Below, one piece after another: positions 17,316 to 26,334 of a DNA stretch of 32,169 nucleotides (the stretch's first letter is position 1; each line of letters begins with the position of its first letter). Under the pieces are notes generated by a model. The model was not told the origin of the DNA. It searched no databases and saw nothing but the letters and a program-made list of their open reading frames with translations. Source of the stretch: Candidatus Caldarchaeales archaeon (GTDB lineage Archaea; Thermoproteota; Nitrososphaeria_A; Caldarchaeales; Wolframiiraptoraceae); assembly GCA_039630055.1 (NCBI GenBank), contig JBCNVN010000015.1, positions 1-32,169 on the forward strand. The letters are read 5' to 3'. The translations under genes and the position numbers were made by a program.

Positions 17316-18131
17316 ATGGAGTACAGGAGGTTAGGAAAGACAGAAGTATATCTACCGGTTCTCGGATTCGGAACCTGGGAAGTAGGTGGAAAATTTTTAC
17401 CAGACTATTCTATGGACGATCAAGCAATAGAGATCATCAGAATCGCGGTAAGAAGAGGGATGAAATTAATAGATACTGCTGAGATGTATGCCAGTGGACA
17501 TTCTGAAGAACTGGTAGGAGAAGCTATAAAAGAATTCGATAGAGAAGAAGTATTTATTGCAACTAAAGTATGGAGCTCGAATCTTAGATATGATGATGTT
17601 TTGAGAGCGATGGAGGGAAGCTTGAAAAGACTGAAGATAGATTATGTTGACTTATACCAGATCCATTGGCCGAATCCAGGTATACCATTGAGAGAGACCA
17701 TGAAAGCGATGGAGAAGCTTGTAATAGATGGGAAGACGAGATTCATAGGAGTAAGCAACTTTAATGTGAGAGATATGGAGATGGCCATGTCCTACCTATC
17801 ACGTACAGAGTTAGTATCAAATCAAGTACTCTATAATGTGATCGATAGAGGTATAGAAGAAGAGATACTCCCATTCTGTAGAGAGAACAATATAACCGTT
17901 CTCGCTTATAGACCTCTAGCCAAAGGTTTGGTAGCTAGGGAGCCATATAAGACTAGATTGGAGAATTTTGGGAGAAATTATGGGAAGACAGCTGTACAGG
18001 TAGCTTTGAACTGGGTAATCCGACATGATAATGTAATAGCACTGGTTAAAACGCTGAATCGGCAACATCTAGAAGAGATACTTGGATCTATTGGTTGGAA
18101 GATGACCAAAGAAGACTATGAAGCAATATAG
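17316..18131 (+). CDS. Aldo/keto reductase
   Basis: LGFGTW, IDTAEMY, IATKV, DLYQIHWP, IGVSNF and NQVLYN motifs, with the D/Y/K/H tetrad intact. Confidence 0.92.
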   Translation: MEYRRLGKTEVYLPVLGFGTWEVGGKFLPDYSMDDQAIEIIRIAVRRGMKLIDTAEMYASGHSEELVGEAIKEFDREEVFIATKVWSSNLRYDDVLRAMEGSLKRLKIDYVDLYQIHWPNPGIPLRETMKAMEKLVIDGKTRFIGVSNFNVRDMEMAMSYLSRTELVSNQVLYNVIDRGIEEEILPFCRENNITVLAYRPLAKGLVAREPYKTRLENFGRNYGKTAVQVALNWVIRHDNVIALVKTLNRQHLEEILGSIGWKMTKEDYEAI

Positions 18132-18263
18132 ATAATCGATTTTTAATCTATAGTGTTGTTTTCTAGAAGATCTAGAGTCCACCATTTTCCCATCCTCCAT
18201 AAGCCATTTCTACCTACCCAAAAAATCTCTCTGAGTAAGAGAAAATAGTTGAGATTATTTATA

Positions 18264-18322
18264 GGGCTCAGAGCTTTTAACCATCATCATGGAAATCCGA
18301 CTACCAGGATTCATCAACGCCC
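18264..18322 (-). ncRNA. Box C/D 2'-O-methylation guide sRNA, predicted target tRNA-Lys(UUU) anticodon arm
   Basis: Minus strand reads GGGCG-UUGAUGA(C)-AUCCUGGUAGU-CGGA(D')-UUUCC-AUGAUGA(C')-UGGUUAAAAGCU-CUGA(D)-GCCC. It is 59 nt with 11-12 nt guides, a GGGC/GCCC terminal stem and a TATA-like TTTTAAT about 25 nt upstream. Confidence 0.9.
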
Positions 18323-18429
18323 ATTCAGTATGAAGACTATTCCCGATTAAAACTTTATGCATTTATCAAATCTATGAGATTGATAATTTTTTAATCTATC
18401 TGAACCTCGAGATATACATCGAGATTAGC

Positions 18430-19791
18430 TTAAGTAGATATTGCGCTCTGTATCAACTTTTTTCCATACTCTACTATCTCTCTCAATCTTTCTTCAGTTC
18501 TCGCTTCTGCAGACATCTTTATCTGAGGCATTGTATTAGAAGGTCTGATAAGAATCCATCCATCATCAAAGTATGCTTTAACACCGTCCAGCCTATTCAC
18601 CTTTAATCCTTCCTTCACGAGTTTTTCAGCAATCTTTTCTACTGCTTTCCACTTAATCTCGTCTGGACAGTCGAATACCATAATAGGAGTAGATGGATAG
18701 ATGGGTACCGTATCGACTATCTCTGAAAGCTTAACCTCTAACTTTGATACTAGCTCAGCCATTCTCAGTAGAGCGTAGATTGCATCATCGAATCCCCAAA
18801 CCTCTGGAAAGTAGAGGTGATTGCTCTTCTCTCCGCCTAGAACCGCTCCAAGTCTTCTCATATCTCTAAGCATGAAGGCTCTTCCAACCCTTGTCTCCAC
18901 AGGTTCACATCCACTCTCTAGAATTACCTCGCTTAAAACCGAACTACAGTTTACATCGTATAGAACCTTCCCCCTCTTCTTCAAGTACTTAACGAAGACT
19001 GCGAGAGTTATATCTCCAGGCATAATCCTCCCTTTATCATCTATGAATACAACCCTATCAGCATCTCCATCAAACCCAGCGCCAAAATCTACCTTACCTT
19101 CTTTTACAACTCTCTGAAGATCTCTTAGAGTCTCCTCACTTGGTTCGGGTAGATGTCCTGGGAAGAGACCGTCAGGAACACTATTCAATCCTATAACTTC
19201 TATATCTAATTGTTCAGCGATCTTTGGGAAGACGACGGCTGAAGCTCCATTAGAGTAGTCTACAGCTATCTTTAACCTTCTCTCAACTTCTATCTTCGAT
19301 ATTAGAAACTCGATATACTCTGGTATCAGGTCTCTAGTTACTTCAACACCTTTCCTCTCTGATCTAATCCATCCACCTTCTAGAACCCTCTTCTTTAACT
19401 CCTCCATCCCGCTTCCCTCAGAGACAGTCTCACCTCCTTCTGTAACAAGCTTCATCCCATTCCATTCAGGAGGATTGTGGCTCGCGGTAATCTGTACCCC
19501 GCCCTTCATCTTCCACTGTACTACTCCAAAATAATTTGTAGGTGTAGGGACCAATCCAACATTTACAGTATTACATCCACCCTCTCTCAACCCTTTCGAT
19601 ATACTCTCCATCAATCTTTTACCACTCAATCTAACATCTCTACCTAGTAAGACTTCTCCACTATTTCCGAGCATCGTTGCATAGGATAGTGCCACAGCCT
19701 CTGCAAGTTGATCTGTTAAGTCTTTCCCATATATTCCTCTAATATCGTATGCTCTGAAGACGTTTGGAGAGAACTTGGAAAGGTTACTCAA
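18430..19791 (-). CDS. Phosphomannomutase/phosphoglucomutase
   Basis: FRAYDIRG, TASHNP (phosphoserine), FDGDADR (metal loop), GEKSNH and RPSNT motifs. Confidence 0.95.
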   Translation of the reverse strand: MSNLSKFSPNVFRAYDIRGIYGKDLTDQLAEAVALSYATMLGNSGEVLLGRDVRLSGKRLMESISKGLREGGCNTVNVGLVPTPTNYFGVVQWKMKGGVQITASHNPPEWNGMKLVTEGGETVSEGSGMEELKKRVLEGGWIRSERKGVEVTRDLIPEYIEFLISKIEVERRLKIAVDYSNGASAVVFPKIAEQLDIEVIGLNSVPDGLFPGHLPEPSEETLRDLQRVVKEGKVDFGAGFDGDADRVVFIDDKGRIMPGDITLAVFVKYLKKRGKVLYDVNCSSVLSEVILESGCEPVETRVGRAFMLRDMRRLGAVLGGEKSNHLYFPEVWGFDDAIYALLRMAELVSKLEVKLSEIVDTVPIYPSTPIMVFDCPDEIKWKAVEKIAEKLVKEGLKVNRLDGVKAYFDDGWILIRPSNTMPQIKMSAEARTEERLREIVEYGKKLIQSAIST

Positions 19792-19937
19792 AGCCTTCCA
19801 CCTGACATGATCGGTTTCCCACCATTAAATATACCTAACTCTTGAGAATATCAATGTATTACTATAGAAACATTTTTAGTTATGTATCTGAAAAACTAAA
19901 TTAGTCGGATTTCAGAGATATTATTAAGTGATTGAGA

Positions 19938-20114
19938 ATGGCGAGAGAAAGGATTATTGTAGAGTCGAAGGTTAGAGAACTATTGCCTGAGGGAATTAGA
20001 CTATCATCTGATGCACTTGACGGTCTCGACTCTGTTGTTCGAGAAGTTGTGAAGAGAGCTGTCCAAAGATGTCAAGCAAATGGTAGAAAGACTATAATAA
20101 AAGAAGATTTCTAA
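19938..20114 (+). CDS. Histone-fold protein (short, face-to-face/alpha3-truncated type)
   Basis: MARERIIVESKVRELL...RLSSDALDGLDSVVREVVKRAVQRCQANGRKTIIKEDF. The RKT....D clamp is present and the protein ends right after it. Confidence 0.85.
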   Translation: MARERIIVESKVRELLPEGIRLSSDALDGLDSVVREVVKRAVQRCQANGRKTIIKEDF

Positions 20115-20162
20115 GAATGTGACTTACTATCAACCTCCAACTTTTTCTCTTCCCTCTGCAAC

Positions 20163-21278
20163 CTACTTGAATCTATCTTGCAATTTTTCTAATACTTTCG
20201 GTAGAGTCGTATACTCCATCTCTTCAACCTCAATTCTTGCTGGCATTATCTCTCCCATAGTCCTCATATAGACTGAAACCTTGGCCGCCATCTCTCTACT
20301 ATATTCCCATATAGGATCATCGAATAGATCGATAGGCTCACTGTCATCTATTCCAACCAGTATGCTATTAGATATCTGCCAACCCATACCTATAACTCTC
20401 GGAGGCCCATCAAAATAACTAACCACATTCTGATTTTTTCTAAAGCTTACTGGCATCAATGGTCCATAATGGCTCCCCCTCATCCATCCTGGAACTAGAT
20501 GTGGAGTAATGAATGCTGATAGTACTTCTCCCACTGCTGGAAAACCGGCTTGAGCTCTTACTATTAAGACTGGATCATCTTTCCCAACATATCTTCCCGC
20601 GATAAATGATAATCTAGTCGTAGATGCTGATGCAGCTATCTCATTATCTCTAGCTCTATAAACTCTGGATATAACATACCTATTTACCGTACCTATTAGG
20701 CTGAGGAGATCATAAGATTCTTCAGGGGTTTTGAGCTTGACCGACTTGCCCTCTCTTAGATCCATAACTTCAAAAATGAATCCATCATGAAGTATTGGAT
20801 CGATTACAAGTCCAGCTGTATTGGAAGGATCTGCAAAAATTCTATACAATGGTAGGTTCCATGCTCCAGGACTAGTCTTATCAGCTGCAAAGACTATGAT
20901 CGGATCTGAACCTCTTTCTTCAAATTCTAGTTCAGCAGCACCGGGTCCCATACCTTTAATGTTCCCACTAAACGCATCCTTGAGGAGATCTTGTCCAGCA
21001 GCATATAGTTTTAACGGTTTGCTGATTTTTTCAGTAATCTCTTTGAAGATCCTCCATGCAAGACCATGTACCTCTGGATCATCTTCCCCCCGATTATGCG
21101 TCATGACTAAACCTATATCGTCTCCAACAGAATACACATAGTAGCTTTTTATCAATCCGTTCTCTTTAGCCTCAAGTAGCTTCTCTTTAGCATAGTTTAT
21201 CATCTTTGAAGAAGGGCATACATGCCCTGCAACCGAGCCGACATCCGCCTTTATGACGCTTATGGTAGTTCTAACCAT
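20163..21278 (-). CDS. fbp: Bifunctional fructose-1,6-bisphosphate aldolase/phosphatase (class V FBPase)
   Basis: IKADVGS.AGH, GDD, YAAGQDLLKDAFSGN, GRYVGKDDP, GWMRGSHYGPLMP and EMEYTTLP motifs. Confidence 0.97.
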   Translation of the reverse strand: MVRTTISVIKADVGSVAGHVCPSSKMINYAKEKLLEAKENGLIKSYYVYSVGDDIGLVMTHNRGEDDPEVHGLAWRIFKEITEKISKPLKLYAAGQDLLKDAFSGNIKGMGPGAAELEFEERGSDPIIVFAADKTSPGAWNLPLYRIFADPSNTAGLVIDPILHDGFIFEVMDLREGKSVKLKTPEESYDLLSLIGTVNRYVISRVYRARDNEIAASASTTRLSFIAGRYVGKDDPVLIVRAQAGFPAVGEVLSAFITPHLVPGWMRGSHYGPLMPVSFRKNQNVVSYFDGPPRVIGMGWQISNSILVGIDDSEPIDLFDDPIWEYSREMAAKVSVYMRTMGEIMPARIEVEEMEYTTLPKVLEKLQDRFK

Positions 21279-21292
21279 ACAAAATTCCCCTT

Positions 21293-21307
21293 AGCCGATA
21301 ATCGGCT
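21293..21307. promoter_or_regulatory. Perfect palindrome (candidate operator) just upstream of fbp
   Basis: AGCCGAT-A-ATCGGCT is GC-rich within an AT-rich divergent fbp/htpX spacer, 15 bp upstream of the fbp ATG. Confidence 0.45.
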
Positions 21308-21413
21308 GACTAAGAGAAAAAATTTTGGAGGTCATATATGCTTAAATTGAAAATATTTTGTTGCGATAGATTTTTATCTAGGCTTTTATCGTAATACATA
21401 ATGAGGGTATAAT

Positions 21414-22400
21414 ATGTCTGATGAGTATTCAGTAAGAACTGGTGGAAGAGCAGCTAGACTCTCACTACTTAAGCTTAGACTATCGATGATAGGCGTATGG
21501 GCATTGATAACCTCCTTAGCAACCCTTATACTAGTAGCTGTATTGACCGCACTTGGAATACCATACTTTGGACTATATGGAATAATTGGGTTTGTAGTAT
21601 TCTTCCACTTATTCCAGTGGCTTATCGGACCATATATCATCAATGCCGTCTATAGAGTTAGAGAAGTTAAAGAACATGAGTATCCATGGCTCCATGAGAT
21701 GGTTCAAAGATTATCTAGGAAGAGTGGAATGGATAAACCGCCAAAATTGATGTTGGCCCAGATAGATATACCGAACGCCTTTGCATATGGTAGTCCACTG
21801 ACAGGTGGGATGGTTGCCGTTACAGAAGGTCTTTTAAAGAATCTTGAAGAAGAAGAAGTTGAAGCCGTCGTCGGACATGAGATAGGCCATCTAAAACATA
21901 GAGATATGATAGTTATGATGATGATAAGCATAATACCTGCAATAATCTACTATCTAGGATATACTCTATACCTATCAGGATGGGTCTCGGGAAATAGTAG
22001 AGATAGGGGAGGCGGAGGATTAGGGATACTCATAGGAATAGCCTTGATGGCCCTCAGCTTCATCTTCAACCTCTTCGTCTTCTACATGAGCAGGCTAAGA
22101 GAATATTATGCAGACGCCCATTCTAGTAGAGTGGCCCGAGATGGTGCTAGAAACCTCCAGAGAGCACTTGTAAGAATTATGGTGGCTTCTGGAAGGCTCA
22201 GTAGAAAGGTGAGAGAAGGGCATGAACAGTTTAAGGCATTCTTCATCTCAGACCCAGAGGTTGAGATAAAATCATTCTATAAGGATATAGATAGGCTGGT
22301 TGAAGAGGTCAAGAACCAGAAATCAAGCACACTTGGAGAGATATTTAGTACACATCCACATCCAGCTAAGAGATTACGATTCCTAGACCAATTTATATAA
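21414..22400 (+). CDS. htpX: Membrane zinc metalloprotease HtpX (M48)
   Basis: PNAFAYG, HEIGH (HExxH), SRLREYYAD and FSTHP motifs; several TM helices. Confidence 0.95.
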   Translation: MSDEYSVRTGGRAARLSLLKLRLSMIGVWALITSLATLILVAVLTALGIPYFGLYGIIGFVVFFHLFQWLIGPYIINAVYRVREVKEHEYPWLHEMVQRLSRKSGMDKPPKLMLAQIDIPNAFAYGSPLTGGMVAVTEGLLKNLEEEEVEAVVGHEIGHLKHRDMIVMMMISIIPAIIYYLGYTLYLSGWVSGNSRDRGGGGLGILIGIALMALSFIFNLFVFYMSRLREYYADAHSSRVARDGARNLQRALVRIMVASGRLSRKVREGHEQFKAFFISDPEVEIKSFYKDIDRLVEEVKNQKSSTLGEIFSTHPHPAKRLRFLDQFI

Positions 22401-22458
22401 ATTGTCTCTCGATAGGAGACTAATAACCCTATAGATAATATTAGAAAAATGGCTGACC

Positions 22459-23772
22459 ATGAGTGTAACAAAGATACTTGAAGACCTTGAGTTAAGAAGA
22501 TTCCACTATATTCTCCTAACTATAGCTTCACTAGTCTATGGATTAACCGCTATGAACGTTATGCTGATCGGTCTTCTCTTACCAGCGATTAGAGCTGAAT
22601 GGAGATTAAGCCTTACAGAAGCTGGATACTTACTAAGTTCTGGATATCTTGGAATGTTCTTCGGAGCGATATCAAGCGGATTGATCGCTGACAAGATAGG
22701 TAGAAGATATACTATGATTATAATGATCACTATAGGATCCATCTTTACAGGGTTATGCGGTATCTCTTGGAACTTCTGGTCCATGTCCATCTTCCGAATA
22801 CTTGCAGGGATTGGATTAGGAGGAACCCTTCCTCTTCCAGGAGTCTATATGTCTGAGTATCCTCCTGCAAGATATCGTGGTAGATTCGTAGGAATAGTTG
22901 AGACCGCATGGGTATGGGGTGTACTACTAGGAATAGTTTTGGCCCGAATAATAATGCCTCAGATAGGTTGGAGAAGCGTCTTCACAATATCCTATATACC
23001 ACTACTATTGGTGCCGGTGATCGCATATTATGCTCCAGAATCTCTCAGGTTTTTAGAGAAGAAGGAGAAGATAAACGATATCAAGAAGATACTTGTAAGA
23101 TACAGTCTAGTTAAAGATGTTGAGATGATTAGTATTGGTGGAGGGAGAGAAGAAAAGATTCCAGTTACTCTACTATTCTCCAACATATATCTTAGAAGAA
23201 CGATCGTACTCTGGATGCTTTGGGCAGTCCTAGTATATACTTATCATGGAATCTTCATATGGCTTCCAGAGATATACGTCCGTCTCTTCAATTACGAGAT
23301 AGTTAGAAGCTTGGAATGGGTATTGATAATAACATTCGTTCAGGTACCTGGATACTATAGTGCAGCCCTCATACTAGATAGAGTAGGTAGAAAGGGAGTC
23401 CTCGTATCATATCTAACAATCGCAGGGCTCGGATGCTTACTGCTGGCCTCTACGACCAATCTAGACCTAATACTCTTCTACAGTGCTGTTATATCTTTCT
23501 TCAATCTTGGAGCATGGGCTGGGCTATACACCTATACTCCTGAGCTCTATCCAACGAAGCTTAGGGGTACAGGGTCTGGAACAGCTGCAAGCATTGGTAG
23601 GATTGCAGGGATCCTTGCACCATCTATTACGGGATACTTATTTGAAATTAGCGGCGGAGCGCTTATACTAGCATTTATTGTATTTGCTCTAGCCCATATA
23701 TCTGCTGGTATAATTACTGGGGTATTAGGAGAAGAGACGAAGGGTAGGGTTCTAGAAGAGATCTCAAGGTAA
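22459..23772 (+). CDS. MFS transporter (SV2/aromatic acid/niacin-like)
   Basis: Twelve hydrophobic segments; GLIADKIGRR, SEYPPARYRG, PESLRFL, DRVGRK, PELYPTKLRGTG and ETKGRVLEE motifs. Confidence 0.93.
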   Translation: MSVTKILEDLELRRFHYILLTIASLVYGLTAMNVMLIGLLLPAIRAEWRLSLTEAGYLLSSGYLGMFFGAISSGLIADKIGRRYTMIIMITIGSIFTGLCGISWNFWSMSIFRILAGIGLGGTLPLPGVYMSEYPPARYRGRFVGIVETAWVWGVLLGIVLARIIMPQIGWRSVFTISYIPLLLVPVIAYYAPESLRFLEKKEKINDIKKILVRYSLVKDVEMISIGGGREEKIPVTLLFSNIYLRRTIVLWMLWAVLVYTYHGIFIWLPEIYVRLFNYEIVRSLEWVLIITFVQVPGYYSAALILDRVGRKGVLVSYLTIAGLGCLLLASTTNLDLILFYSAVISFFNLGAWAGLYTYTPELYPTKLRGTGSGTAASIGRIAGILAPSITGYLFEISGGALILAFIVFALAHISAGIITGVLGEETKGRVLEEISR

Positions 23773-23820
23773 AGATCTACATCGAACAACTAACTTTCAA
23801 ATTCTCCTAATATGCTTCTA

Positions 23821-24249
23821 TCAACCTTTCTTAGACTCGTATAGGTCGACCAACCTCTCATTTATTCTATCTATTAGAATCTTTAATTCCTCAATCCTCT
23901 CCTCCATACTCTTTAAAGATTTCTCTAAAATTATCTGGATCGGACCGAAACCCTCATGAATCTCATCACCTATGCTACCATATCTGACTATGAAAGCCTT
24001 GATCTTAGAGTCTGGCTTAGCATCTTCAACTGAGAGTTCTCTAACCTCTGTTGGTGGAGGTGGATTCTTCAGCTTACTTAAAAATATTTCAATATTATCG
24101 TCTTCTCCTTGAGCATAGATTGAGAAGTATCCATCAGGTGTAAATTCGATGTATCCTGTTAGATTCAGATCTCTGGCAAGATCTACTACATACCATCTGT
24201 AACCTGTCCGGAGTATGCGACCTACAACCTTTATCTTTACAGCCTTCAC
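23821..24249 (-). CDS. Acylphosphatase-fold protein with C-terminal coiled coil, probably catalytically altered
   Basis: VVGRILRTGYR (canonical GRVQGVGFR) and GYIEFTPDG (canonical GWVRN..DG), followed by a heptad tail; GTG start. Confidence 0.8.
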   Translation of the reverse strand: MKAVKIKVVGRILRTGYRWYVVDLARDLNLTGYIEFTPDGYFSIYAQGEDDNIEIFLSKLKNPPPPTEVRELSVEDAKPDSKIKAFIVRYGSIGDEIHEGFGPIQIILEKSLKSMEERIEELKILIDRINERLVDLYESKKG

Positions 24250-24285
24250 ATCAATGCCCTCTTCTAAACAATATTTTAGTATTGT

Positions 24286-25734
24286 CTAGTATGCTCTAGC
24301 AATGTATATTACTGTTCTAGCTGTCTGTCCACATGATATACATGGTTTATCAGGATGCTCGGCCACGTCATATCTCTCCCCTCTTATCTCTCCCCCAACA
24401 TGTTCTTTGATCTTCTGTGCACACTCTATAGAACCACACCATGCAGCTCTCACAATGCCTTTATTATCTATGATTCTTGCAGCCTCATCTAACCCTCCAG
24501 CATCTACTACTAATTGATACAGCATCCTCCTACTCTTCTCTCTAATATTCTGAGAAATATCATCCATCAGTCGAGATATTTCTCTAACTATCTCAGACTT
24601 CTTACATTGAATCCTCTCAAGCGTATCTCTCCTAGTCAATGTAACGTTTTCTTCTAAGACCTCTCTTGGACCGACCTCTACTCTTACAGGTACACCCATC
24701 ATCTCCCAATGATAGAACTTCTCACCTGGAGTGATATCCTCCCGGTCATCCAAGACCGTCCTCCACCTATCTTTTAACTCTAGGAATATCTCTCTAGCAT
24801 ATTCTGAGACCTCCTTCTCCTGTCCCTTGAAGAGTATCGGTACTAAGACTATCTGGGTTGGGGCCACAATCGGTGGAAGAACCATTCCTCTATCATCACC
24901 ATGCTGAGCAATTATGGCTGCTAAGACCCTACTATACCCGAAACCGTAGCATAGCTGGTAAACCAGTCCCCTCGACCCATCCCTCTTCTCAAAACTTATC
25001 TCATATGCTTTAGAGAAGTTTTTACCTAGATTATGCACTGTGGCAACTTGGTTAACTCTACCATCTGGATTCCATGCATCGAAGGCTATCGAGTAGACTG
25101 CTCCAGCAAACTTATCAAAATCAGGTCTCTTCAATAGTAGAAAGCTTATACCAACCTCTTCTAATACCTCCCTATAGATCTCTATCGCTTCTTTAACCTG
25201 TCTCTCTGCATCACTTGGAGATTCATGAGCTGTGTGAGCCTCATTCCATGGGATCTCCCTAACCCTATAGAGAGGCCTGGTAGCCTTCGTCTCATACCTG
25301 TAGACGTTCACGCTCTGATGAACTTTTAATGGAAGATCGGAATGACTTCTGATCCATATCTTAAACATTGGGTACATTATCGTTTCAGATGTAGGTCTAA
25401 TGATTAGTCTACGTTCAGCCCCCTTCTCTTCTCTCTGCTCGATAGTGAAGACCTCTCCAGAGAAGCCTTTAATATGCTCCGCCTCTTTCGAGAAGAGCTC
25501 CTCGGTTGCTACGAGAGGGAAGTACATCAGCTTATGACCAGTCTTCTCCAATCTATCTTCTAGCAGCCTCCTAACCTTCTCGATAATGTATGCTCCATTA
25601 TCCATGTATACGAGAAAACCTTTTACTGGATACCTGTTATCAGCTATTCTAGCATTCAGTAGAAGCTCATCGAACCAGCTTGTAAAATTCGTAAACTTCT
25701 TTACAGCCGTTACCAGCTGCTGCCCGCTAGACAT
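24286..25734 (-). CDS. proS: Prolyl-tRNA synthetase (archaeal/eukaryotic type)
   Basis: RYPVKG, RPTSET, YRYETKATRPLYRVRE and QHGDDRG motifs; C-terminal Zn site WCGSIEC...CISC and ARAY end. Confidence 0.97.
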   Translation of the reverse strand: MSSGQQLVTAVKKFTNFTSWFDELLLNARIADNRYPVKGFLVYMDNGAYIIEKVRRLLEDRLEKTGHKLMYFPLVATEELFSKEAEHIKGFSGEVFTIEQREEKGAERRLIIRPTSETIMYPMFKIWIRSHSDLPLKVHQSVNVYRYETKATRPLYRVREIPWNEAHTAHESPSDAERQVKEAIEIYREVLEEVGISFLLLKRPDFDKFAGAVYSIAFDAWNPDGRVNQVATVHNLGKNFSKAYEISFEKRDGSRGLVYQLCYGFGYSRVLAAIIAQHGDDRGMVLPPIVAPTQIVLVPILFKGQEKEVSEYAREIFLELKDRWRTVLDDREDITPGEKFYHWEMMGVPVRVEVGPREVLEENVTLTRRDTLERIQCKKSEIVREISRLMDDISQNIREKSRRMLYQLVVDAGGLDEAARIIDNKGIVRAAWCGSIECAQKIKEHVGGEIRGERYDVAEHPDKPCISCGQTARTVIYIARAY

Positions 25735-25947
25735 GGTCCTCGAACGTTACTTCTACAGCCTAGCTATTAACATTATGTTGAGACTTCTATCTTCTAAGCC
25801 TCTTTTTATAAACCTCGCAACATCTTAAACATCTCCTTATACTGTTGCATGTATCAGGCTAGGCCTATGTAAGATCAGTATAGTGACTTTTCTAGACCAA
25901 CTTTAGTAATGATTAAAATATAGATTGACATTACTAGAAGATAAGGT

Positions 25948-26334
25948 ATGCCTATAGAGAAAGTATTTTTAACGAGAGATGTTGCTGAAGGCTTGTTATT
26001 GATTGCACGGAATACCCATCCAAGAGAGATGTTGATATTACTTAGAGGAAGGAAGAAGAAACAAGATCTAGAGATAGATGAACTACTCTTGGCTCCCCTC
26101 TCAGAACATGGTGAAGACTCATCTTACTTTAGATTAGACCTACTACCACTAGACTTTACGATCGTTGGATTGGCCCACTCCCATCCCTCTGGAAGCCCAA
26201 ACCCCTCAGATGAAGATCTATACCATTTCATAGGAAGTATCATGTTGATACTGACCCCACCCTACAAGACGCTAGAAGATATACATGCATATAATACGAG
26301 AGGTGGAAAGGTTAAGATCTATCTGAAACCTTAA
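25948..26334 (+). CDS. JAMM/MPN+ metalloprotease
   Basis: HPRE (catalytic Glu) and HSHPSGSPNPSDED (HxH-x7-S-x2-D). Confidence 0.9.
   Translation: MPIEKVFLTRDVAEGLLLIARNTHPREMLILLRGRKKKQDLEIDELLLAPLSEHGEDSSYFRLDLLPLDFTIVGLAHSHPSGSPNPSDEDLYHFIGSIMLILTPPYKTLEDIHAYNTRGGKVKIYLKP

Noticed and set aside
18110-18170. Aldo/keto reductase ends abruptly (EAI*); a 2-nt shift would give EAIDNRF...
   Set aside because: Only a few terminal residues are affected and the catalytic tetrad is intact, which is insufficient for a pseudogene call.
25948-26334. JAMM protein as part of a CBASS or ubiquitin-like defence system
   Set aside because: No adjacent E1/E2, ubiquitin-like or cyclase genes; the context is housekeeping.
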